Shown in pieces: positions 7,454 to 13,678 of a stretch of DNA of 15,063 bases. Positions within the stretch are counted from its first letter, which is position 1. Every line of letters starts with the position of its first letter. The translations under genes and the position numbers were made by a program. The notes under the pieces are model-generated. The model saw only the letters and a program-made list of their open reading frames with translations, had not been told where the DNA came from and made no database searches. This stretch comes from a bacterium (GTDB lineage Bacteria; Arandabacterota; Arandabacteria; Arandabacterales; JALGWA01), in NCBI GenBank assembly GCA_050125095.1, contig JASFEA010000077.1, positions 1 through 15,063 of the forward strand, written 5' to 3'.

Positions 7454-8186
7454 CCCGGCACCTGCCTTTCCCGAGGAAATATACGAGTCGGTCTTCGTCG
7501 TGATCCCGGCTTACAAGGCCGAGGCGCATATAGGCGAAGTCGTCGCTGATACTTTCAAGGTCAGCGGGGACATGGCTGTCGTCGTGGTGGACGACGGGTC
7601 GGACGATGCCACGGGGGAAAGGGCGGCCGGGGCGGGGGCCACCGTGGTCACGCATGAGGTGAACCGGGGCAAGTGGGCCGCGCTCGAGACGGGCTTCGCC
7701 GAGTTTCTTAAGACCGACCGCAAGGCCGTGGTGACGCTGGACGCCGACGGGCAGCATTCGCCCGCCGAGATACCCAATCTCATAGAGGTGTGGCTTGAGG
7801 AGGACGCCGACATAGTCGTGGGCTCGCGGCGGCGGGAAGTGGGCAACATGCCTTTCATCCGGATCCTTACCAACTCCATAAGTTCCGGGCTCGTTTCGCT
7901 CGTGGCCGGCGCCACCATAAAGGACTCGCAGTCGGGCTACAGGCTGCACACGCGGCGCGTCATAGAGAACGTCGAGGTCAAGACGGGCGGCTATGAGGCC
8001 GAGAGCGAGATACTGGTCAAGGCGGTGCGCATGGGATATAAGGTTGCGTCGGCGCCCATATCCACTATATATGGAGAAGAGACAAGTCACATAAACCAGC
8101 TCAAGGCGCCGGCGAGGTTCCTGGGCACCATCGGCAAGATGATTGCGTGGAGGTTGGAAGGAAGTGGCAAGAAAGAAGGGCGATGA
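7446..8186 (+). CDS. Glycosyltransferase family 2 (DPM1-like polyprenol-phosphate glycosyltransferase)
   Basis: VVIPAY, VVVDDGSDD, DADGQH, IVVGSR and DSQSGYR motifs. Start placed at ATG 7446 (MNDP), overlapping the upstream stop. Confidence 0.88.
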   Translation: MNDPAPAFPEEIYESVFVVIPAYKAEAHIGEVVADTFKVSGDMAVVVVDDGSDDATGERAAGAGATVVTHEVNRGKWAALETGFAEFLKTDRKAVVTLDADGQHSPAEIPNLIEVWLEEDADIVVGSRRREVGNMPFIRILTNSISSGLVSLVAGATIKDSQSGYRLHTRRVIENVEVKTGGYEAESEILVKAVRMGYKVASAPISTIYGEETSHINQLKAPARFLGTIGKMIAWRLEGSGKKEGR

Positions 8187-8934
8187 ACTTTATATCCTCG
8201 TCACCAATGATGACGGCGTGAGGGCGGAGGGTATAAAGAACCTCCGCGAGGCGGTGGAAGACATGGGCAGAGTCATCGTGGTGGCGCCCGAGCAGCAGCA
8301 GAGCGCTTCGAGCCACGCCCTCACTCTCTCGGACCCATTGAGAATCAACTGGCTGGACGACTCCACCATAGCCGTGGACGGGACTCCGACCGACTGTGTC
8401 CTCGTCGCCATGCGAGGGCTCCTGGAGCGCAAACCCGACCTCCTGGTATCGGGCATCAACCACGGCCCCAACCTGGGCGACGATGTGACTTACTCGGGAA
8501 CGGTGGCGGCGGCCTTCGAGGGCACGCTGCTGGGTATCCCTTCCATCGCCATGTCGGTTGCCGCGTGGCATGAATGCAAGTTCGACGCGGCGCGCGAGTT
8601 TGCCCGGGTGATTGTCAGGAAAGTGCTCGAGGAGGGCCTTGCGCCCAATACCCTGCTCAACGTCAACGTCCCTTCCTGCGCGTGCGAAGGCGTAAGCGAG
8701 GTCAAGGTGACCAAGCTGGGTAAGCGCGTCTACCGCGACGTCATCGTTAAGAAGAAAGACCCGAGGGGGAGAGACTACTACTGGATAGGAGGGGGCGACC
8801 CCGTGTGGGAGCCCGAAGGCGGAACCGACTTCGAGGCCATAGAGCAGAACGCCATATCCGTGACGCCCCTTCATCTCGACCTTACGGATTACACTCAGCT
8901 CGAAGTGGTGAAGAAGTGGAATCTATCCTTCTAG
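8164..8934 (+). CDS. surE: 5'/3'-nucleotidase SurE
   Basis: ILVTNDDG, VVAPEQQQSASSH, GTPTDCV, SGINHGPNLGDDVTYSGTVAAA and SVTPLHLDLT motifs. Likely GTG start at 8164 after GGAAGGAA. Confidence 0.96.
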   Translation: MARKKGDELYILVTNDDGVRAEGIKNLREAVEDMGRVIVVAPEQQQSASSHALTLSDPLRINWLDDSTIAVDGTPTDCVLVAMRGLLERKPDLLVSGINHGPNLGDDVTYSGTVAAAFEGTLLGIPSIAMSVAAWHECKFDAAREFARVIVRKVLEEGLAPNTLLNVNVPSCACEGVSEVKVTKLGKRVYRDVIVKKKDPRGRDYYWIGGGDPVWEPEGGTDFEAIEQNAISVTPLHLDLTDYTQLEVVKKWNLSF

Positions 8935-9440
8935 TGTCACTGACAGGCGTGGCCGAGCGGCTGGCGGCCCTGCCCAGCGAGGCCGCGGTCTTCATCACGG
9001 CCATGCTGCCGGTCTTGGAGCTGAGGGGGGGCATACCCCTGGGGCTCATATACTATGACATGCCGGTCGTGGAGACCTATCTCATCGCGGTGGCGGGGAA
9101 CTTCGTGATTGTGCCGCCGCTCTTATATCTTCTTGAGCCCGTATCTAATCTCTTGAGAAGAAACCGAGTATTTGATAGGTTCTTTGAGTGGCTCTTCGCC
9201 CGGACGCGCAGGCGGGGCAGGCTGGTTGAGAGGTACGAGGCGATCGGTCTCGCGCTCTTTGTGGCCATACCGCTGCCCGTCACTGGGGCCTGGACAGGGG
9301 CCATCGCAGCGCATATATTTGGTGTACGGCGCAGGTACGCCGCCATTTGCATATTGTTGGGCATCATGATAGCCGGAGTCGTTGTTACTCTCGCCAGCAA
9401 GGGCGTAATCGGGCTCCGGAGCCTCATCGTCATAGACTGA
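8934..9440 (+). CDS. COG2426 / putative small multidrug export family membrane protein
   Basis: MLPVLELRGGIPLG and FVAIPLPVTGAWTGA signature motifs. GTG start at 8934 overlaps the surE stop. Confidence 0.85.
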   Translation: MSLTGVAERLAALPSEAAVFITAMLPVLELRGGIPLGLIYYDMPVVETYLIAVAGNFVIVPPLLYLLEPVSNLLRRNRVFDRFFEWLFARTRRRGRLVERYEAIGLALFVAIPLPVTGAWTGAIAAHIFGVRRRYAAICILLGIMIAGVVVTLASKGVIGLRSLIVID

Positions 9441-9446
9441 TATGGT

Positions 9447-9523
9447 CGGAGCGTAGCGCAGCCTGGTAGCGCACCTCGTTCGGGACGAGGGGGTCGGAGG
9501 TTCAAATCCTCTCGCTCCGACCA
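9447..9523 (+). tRNA. tRNA-Pro(CGG)
   Basis: CGGAGCG/CGCTCCG acceptor stem; D-arm GCGC-AGCCTGGTA-GCGC; anticodon arm CCTCG-TTCGGGA-CGAGG; T-loop TTCAAAT; encoded CCA. Confidence 0.97.
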
Positions 9524-9530
9524 TTTTCAT

Positions 9531-9585
9531 TGGGGTCAGGTCTTGAAATGCACAATAAACCTGGGGTCAGGTCTTAGAATGCACA
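9531..9585 (+). repeat. Tandem pair of GGGGTCAG-tagged repeats (31-bp period)
   Basis: TGGGGTCAGGTCTTGAAATGCACAAT (9531-9556) and TGGGGTCAGGTCTTAGAATGCACA (9562-9585). A GAATGCA fragment follows at 9589-9595. Confidence 0.9.
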
Positions 9586-9639
9586 GTGGAATGCAAAGTC
9601 CGGAGCCAGAGGCCCGGCTCCTGGTGAACGGGAGGCCGG

Positions 9640-10098
9640 GTGGTTAAGCCGGACGGCATGTTTATAGGCGTCATAGGAGGCTCGGAGGCAGACGAGGAGA
9701 CCTACGCTCTCGCCCGCGACGTGGGGCGCGAGATCGCGCTCAAGGGGCATGTCATTATTTGCGGCGGTCTCTCCGGGGTAATGGAGGCGGCCGCCAGGGG
9801 CGCCCGCGAGGAGGGCGGCTTCACCATCGGCATACTGCCCACGGGGCGGCGCGCCGACGCCAATCCCTATATTGACGTCGCCATCGCGACCGACATGGGG
9901 CACGCGCGGAACGCAATCATCGCCAACACGGCGGACGCTTTAATAGCCGTGGGCGGCTCCTACGGCACGCTCTCCGAGATATCCTTCGGTCTTAAACTTG
10001 GAAAGCGGGTCGTAAGCCTCAAGTCCTGGGACTTCGACCCGGCTATAGTCGTGGTATCGGACCCGGCCGAGGCCGTGAAGAGGGCCACAGGCGGCTAG
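9640..10098 (+). CDS. TIGR00725 family protein (LOG/lysine-decarboxylase-like Rossmann-fold nucleotide-binding protein)
   Basis: IGVIGG, CGGLSGVMEAA, IGILP, GHARNAII and GGSYGTLSEI motifs. GTG start at 9640 after GGAGG; ATG 9658 is an alternative. Confidence 0.88.
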   Translation: MVKPDGMFIGVIGGSEADEETYALARDVGREIALKGHVIICGGLSGVMEAAARGAREEGGFTIGILPTGRRADANPYIDVAIATDMGHARNAIIANTADALIAVGGSYGTLSEISFGLKLGKRVVSLKSWDFDPAIVVVSDPAEAVKRATGG

Positions 10099-10106
10099 AC
10101 AGAGAC

Positions 10107-10388
10107 ATGGGGGATGAAGCCAGAGTATATGCGAGAGTGCATGGTGTGGTGCAGGGGGTGGGCTTCAGGCACTTTGCGAGGACACTGGCGGAATCCTTTG
10201 GAATAAAAGGATATGTGAGGAATGTACCCGATGGCTCCGTGGAGGTCGTAGCCGAGGGCGATAAACAGGTCTTGAAGGCTTTCCTCGATGAGGTTAAGAT
10301 TGGGCCTCGCTTCGGGTCGGTGAGCCGAATGGACGTGGAGTGGCTCGAGGCAAAGGGGGACTTCTCGGGGTTCACCTATAGGTTCTAG
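10107..10388 (+). CDS. acyP: Acylphosphatase
   Basis: 93 aa with VHGVVQGVGFR and GYVRNVPDGSVEVVAEG signatures. Confidence 0.95.
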   Translation: MGDEARVYARVHGVVQGVGFRHFARTLAESFGIKGYVRNVPDGSVEVVAEGDKQVLKAFLDEVKIGPRFGSVSRMDVEWLEAKGDFSGFTYRF

Positions 10389-10406
10389 GGCCGGGCACGG
10401 ATGGCA

Positions 10407-10436
10407 ATTGTGCATTTCAAGACCTGACCCCAGGTT
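10407..10436 (-). repeat. Inverted copy of the GGGGTCAG-tagged repeat
   Basis: 10407-10432 (ATTGTGCATTTCAAGACCTGACCCCA) is the exact reverse complement of 9531-9556. The following GGTT (10433-10436) matches the AACC preceding the second tandem copy (9558-9561). Confidence 0.92.
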
Positions 10437-10449
10437 GAAGGAGGCATGG

Positions 10450-10968
10450 ATGGCGCAGGATTTGAAAGACCTGATTCGCAACATACCGGACTTCCCCGTG
10501 GAGGGGATTCTGTTTAGAGATATCACGACTCTCCTTAAGGACGGCGAGGGCTGGAGGAAGGCCGTCGACGCGCTCTACGAGCAGTACAAGGACGCAAAGA
10601 TCGACAAGGTCGTGAGCATCGAGGCGCGCGGATTTCTCCTGGGCGGGGTCCTGGCGTACAAGCTGGGATGCGGCACGGTGCCCCTTCGCAAGCCGGGCAA
10701 GCTCCCCTGGGACAAGGTGAGCGAGTCCTATGACCTCGAGTACGGTTCGGCAACCATCGAGATGCACAAGGACGCCATCGAAAAGGGCGACCGCGTTCTC
10801 ATAGTGGACGACCTCCTCGCAACGGGCGGCACGGCCCGGGCGGCGGCCCGCCTGGTGGAGAAGGCAGGGGGCGAGATAGTGGCCATCGCGTTTCTTATAG
10901 GCCTTACGGAACTCGAGGGCGCCAAATTACTTGACAATTACGAGGTCTTTACCGTCATTAATTATTAG
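10450..10968 (+). CDS. apt: Adenine phosphoribosyltransferase
   Basis: IPDFPVEGILFRDIT, EARGF, RKPGKLP, YDLEYG and PRPP-binding VDDLLATGGT motifs. ATG 10450 follows SD AAGGAGG. Confidence 0.97.
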   Translation: MAQDLKDLIRNIPDFPVEGILFRDITTLLKDGEGWRKAVDALYEQYKDAKIDKVVSIEARGFLLGGVLAYKLGCGTVPLRKPGKLPWDKVSESYDLEYGSATIEMHKDAIEKGDRVLIVDDLLATGGTARAAARLVEKAGGEIVAIAFLIGLTELEGAKLLDNYEVFTVINY

Positions 10969-10984
10969 AGTATCAGCGGGATGT

Positions 10985-11062
10985 GCCCCCGTAGCTCAGT
11001 TAGGATAGAGCAGTGGTTTCCTAAACCACGTGCCGCAAGTTCGAATCTTGCCGGGGGCACCA
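10985..11062 (+). tRNA. tRNA-Arg(CCT)
   Basis: GCCCCCG/CGGGGGC acceptor stem; D-arm GCTC...GAGC; anticodon arm GTGGT-TTCCTAA-ACCAC; T-loop TTCGAAT; encoded CCA. Confidence 0.96.
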
Positions 11063-11080
11063 CCTGATCGAGGTAATCCA

Positions 11081-11302
11081 TTGGAATCCAGCAAGATAGG
11101 CGACCTCGTAAGGGGAGGCATTCTGCTCGCCATCGCCGTGCTGATGGCAGTCCTGCTCCATAAGGTCTATGTCTTCATCGTGACCCGCGGAATTGAATTC
11201 AAGGACATCATTTTCTTCCCGATAGCTCTGATAGGGGCAATATGCTGGCTGACCTACCGGGGCCTGAAAGCCGTAGTGTCGGCGCTTAGGGATAACGAAT
11301 AG
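11081..11302 (+). CDS. Small hypothetical membrane protein (73 aa, two predicted TM helices)
   Basis: TTG start with SD GAGGT at 11070-11074; two hydrophobic stretches (GGILLAIAVLMAVLL and IIFFPIALIGAICWLTY); fills the gap between the tRNA and the cyclase gene. Confidence 0.65.
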   Translation: MESSKIGDLVRGGILLAIAVLMAVLLHKVYVFIVTRGIEFKDIIFFPIALIGAICWLTYRGLKAVVSALRDNE

Positions 11303-11316
11303 AAACCAGTCGGGAA

Positions 11317-12384
11317 ATGGTCTCTTCAAGAAAAGAACAGAAGCAGTTCTCGGGAAGACTGGACCTGGTCTTCTCGACTTTTATCGAGGTCACCGGCCTC
11401 ATCACGACCGGCGCTTCCATATCCAGAATCACGACTCCCATACTGTCCTGCATGTGCAAGATCTTAAGCGGCAAGGGCGCCTTCGCCATCATAGAGCAGA
11501 GGGGCAACCTCACGCAGCTCGTGCACAGGCCCGGGCGCGGCAAGCGCCACGCTTCGACCTCGTCGGAGGAGATCTCATCCGAAGGCCCGGTGCACAAGAT
11601 CTACAGGACGCGGAAGGCGGCCTTCTTCCCCGAAGCCCTGGAGCAGAAGAAGCTGGAGGCCGTACACAGCGTTATGAGAAGCGTACGCGGCAGGGGCCTC
11701 ATGATCGGGGGGCTCGAATACCAGGGCGGCAAGGCCGGCGTCATGGGCGTAATTACGGGCAAGGGATATGAGCCCGGCAAGGAGGACCTCGCGCTGTTTG
11801 AGATCCTGACGCGCCAGGCGGGCACGGCGATAAAGAACGCCGAGGAGTTCGAGCGCACGCATATGCTCTCGATCACCGACGGCCTCACGGGAGCATACAA
11901 TTACCGGTTCCTCATCGACGCCATCGCCAAGGAGATAAGCCGCGCCCAGCGTTTCAGCGAGATCTTCTCCATCTTGATGCTCGACGTCGACGGGCTCAAG
12001 GAGTACAACGACGTCCACGGCCACCTCGGAGGCAGCGACGTCATAAAGAAGGTATCCAGGATCGCGGCCAGTTGCCTAAGGTCGGTGGATATGTTATGTA
12101 AATACGGCGGTGACGAGTTCGTGATCGTGCTGCCCCGTACGACCAAGAAGGGGGCGGCCATCGCGGCCGAGCGCCTGAGGAAGGCGATCGAGAGGCACTG
12201 CTTCCCGGGCGAGGAAGTTACCGGCGAGATAACCTCCAGTCTTGGAATAGCCTCTTACCCCGAAGACGGAATCACCGTCCAGGAATTGATATCCAGGGCC
12301 GACCAGGCCCTGTATAGCGCCAAGCGACATGGAAGGAACAAGGTATGGCTAAGCGGAAGCAAGAAACCCTATTCACGGGGCTGA
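11317..12384 (+). CDS. Diguanylate cyclase with N-terminal GAF-like sensor domain
   Basis: TDGLTGAYN, MLDVDGLKEYNDVHGHLGGS, intact GGDEF with RxxD I-site (RSVD), ADQALYSAKRHGRN. The preceding GVMGV...EDLALFEILTRQAGTAIKNA segment resembles a GAF C-terminus. Confidence 0.92.
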   Translation: MVSSRKEQKQFSGRLDLVFSTFIEVTGLITTGASISRITTPILSCMCKILSGKGAFAIIEQRGNLTQLVHRPGRGKRHASTSSEEISSEGPVHKIYRTRKAAFFPEALEQKKLEAVHSVMRSVRGRGLMIGGLEYQGGKAGVMGVITGKGYEPGKEDLALFEILTRQAGTAIKNAEEFERTHMLSITDGLTGAYNYRFLIDAIAKEISRAQRFSEIFSILMLDVDGLKEYNDVHGHLGGSDVIKKVSRIAASCLRSVDMLCKYGGDEFVIVLPRTTKKGAAIAAERLRKAIERHCFPGEEVTGEITSSLGIASYPEDGITVQELISRADQALYSAKRHGRNKVWLSGSKKPYSRG

Positions 12385-13670
12385 GAAACAAGATAAAAAG
12401 GCGGCGCGCGACCGTCGCGGTAATCGGGCTGGGCTATGTCGGCCTGCCGCTCGCGGTTGAGATGGCCAAGGCGGGGCAGAAGGTCTACGGCATAGACGTC
12501 AATGATGAGAAGATCCGCTCCATCAGGCGCGGGGCATCGTACGTGCAGGACGTCAAGCCGAGCGATCTTAAGAGGGTCGTCAAGGCGGGCAGACTCATCC
12601 CTACCACGGACTACTCGGTGATATCCGAAGCCGACGCCATCGACATCTGCGTTCCCACTCCGCTTCGCAAGACCAAGGACCCCGACATGAGATTCATAAT
12701 GGCGGCGCTCGAGGAAATAGAGAAGTACGTAAGGCGCGGCCAGCTCGTGATCCTCGAGAGCACGACTTACCCGGGCACCACCGAGGAGGTTGTCCTCCCG
12801 AGGCTCGCCAAGGACGGCCTCAAGGTGGGGCGCGACTTCTTCCTGGCCTTCTCGCCCGAGAGGGTGGACCCGGGGAACAAGAAGTTCGACACCTCCAGAA
12901 TACCCAAGGTCGTGGGCGGAGTGACCGAGAAGTGCACGGCTGTCGCATGCGACCTCTACAACTGCTGCGTCAAAAGCACCGTGCCCGTGACCTCGACCAC
13001 GGTCGCCGAGATGGTGAAACTGCTGGAGAACACCTTCAGGAGCGTCAACATCGGGCTCGTCAACGAGATGTGCCTGATGTGCGCGCGCATGGACATAGAC
13101 GTCTGGGAAGTCATAGAGGCGGCCGCCACCAAACCCTTCGGCTTCATGCCCTTCTACCCGGGGCCCGGGCTCGGGGGGCACTGCATTCCCATAGACCCGT
13201 TTTATCTGTCCTGGAAGGCGAGGATGGCCGGTTTCGAGACGCGCTTCATAGAGCTCGCCGGCCAGATCAACTCCTCCATGCCGCAATACGTCGTCACCAA
13301 GGTGACCGACGTCTTGAACCTCCACAAGAAGAGCCTGAACGGCGCCAGGGTGCTGGTCCTCGGCGTCGCCTACAAGAACGACGTCGACGACACGCGCGAG
13401 TCGCCCGCTCTGGACGTCATCAGGCAGCTGGAGGAAAAGGGCGCCAGGGTCAGTTACGCCGACCCCCTGGTGGACACGATTTCGTTTGACGGGAAGAAGA
13501 TGAAAAGTGTTAAGATATCGGGACCGGCGCTCAACAAGTATGACTGCGCCGTGATAGTCACGAATCACAAGGCCTTCAACTACGGGCAGATCGTTAAAAA
13601 CTCGAAGGCGATCGTGGACACCAGAAACGCGCTCAAGAAATTCAAGGCCCCCAATATACACAAGATATAG
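12345..13670 (+). CDS. wbpA: Nucleotide-sugar dehydrogenase (UDP-N-acetylglucosamine 6-dehydrogenase, WbpA-like)
   Basis: IGLGYVGLPLA, ICVPTP, ESTTYPGTT, FSPERVDPGN, KLLENTFRSVNI, GGHCIPIDPFYL and GVAYKNDVDDTRESP motifs. SD-like GGAAGGAA upstream. Confidence 0.9.
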   Translation: MAKRKQETLFTGLRNKIKRRRATVAVIGLGYVGLPLAVEMAKAGQKVYGIDVNDEKIRSIRRGASYVQDVKPSDLKRVVKAGRLIPTTDYSVISEADAIDICVPTPLRKTKDPDMRFIMAALEEIEKYVRRGQLVILESTTYPGTTEEVVLPRLAKDGLKVGRDFFLAFSPERVDPGNKKFDTSRIPKVVGGVTEKCTAVACDLYNCCVKSTVPVTSTTVAEMVKLLENTFRSVNIGLVNEMCLMCARMDIDVWEVIEAAATKPFGFMPFYPGPGLGGHCIPIDPFYLSWKARMAGFETRFIELAGQINSSMPQYVVTKVTDVLNLHKKSLNGARVLVLGVAYKNDVDDTRESPALDVIRQLEEKGARVSYADPLVDTISFDGKKMKSVKISGPALNKYDCAVIVTNHKAFNYGQIVKNSKAIVDTRNALKKFKAPNIHKI

Positions 13671-13678
13671 AGGCTAGG

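Noticed and set aside
9123..9530. Minus-strand ORFs starting within the tRNA-Pro region (for example MVGARGFEPPTP...)
   Set aside because: Classic spurious translation of the tRNA reverse complement.
9531..9600. Possible mini CRISPR array
   Set aside because: Only two repeats separated by 5 bp, no spacer-length unique sequence and no cas genes.
9602..9621. Hairpin GGAGCC-N8-GGCTCC before the TIGR00725 gene
   Set aside because: A 6-bp stem is expected by chance at this GC content, and there is no U-tract or other support.
10408..10449. Longer apt start at TTG 10408
   Set aside because: It translates through the repeat element. ATG 10450 has a strong SD and matches the usual Apt N-terminus.
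9447..11062. Possible tRNA-anchored genomic island or prophage
   Set aside because: No integrase, no convincing att-like duplication of either tRNA 3' end downstream, and the neighbouring genes are housekeeping-type with similar composition.
11030..11080. N-terminal extension of the small membrane ORF given in the ORF track
   Set aside because: It overlaps the tRNA-Arg 3' half. TTG 11081 has its own SD.
12369..13661. 430-aa antisense ORF opposite the wbpA-like gene
   Set aside because: It mirrors a well-conserved gene in the codon-aligned antisense frame, typical of GC-rich codon bias, and has no recognisable motifs. The same applies to the other minus-strand ORFs such as 8101-8874 and 7437-8090.
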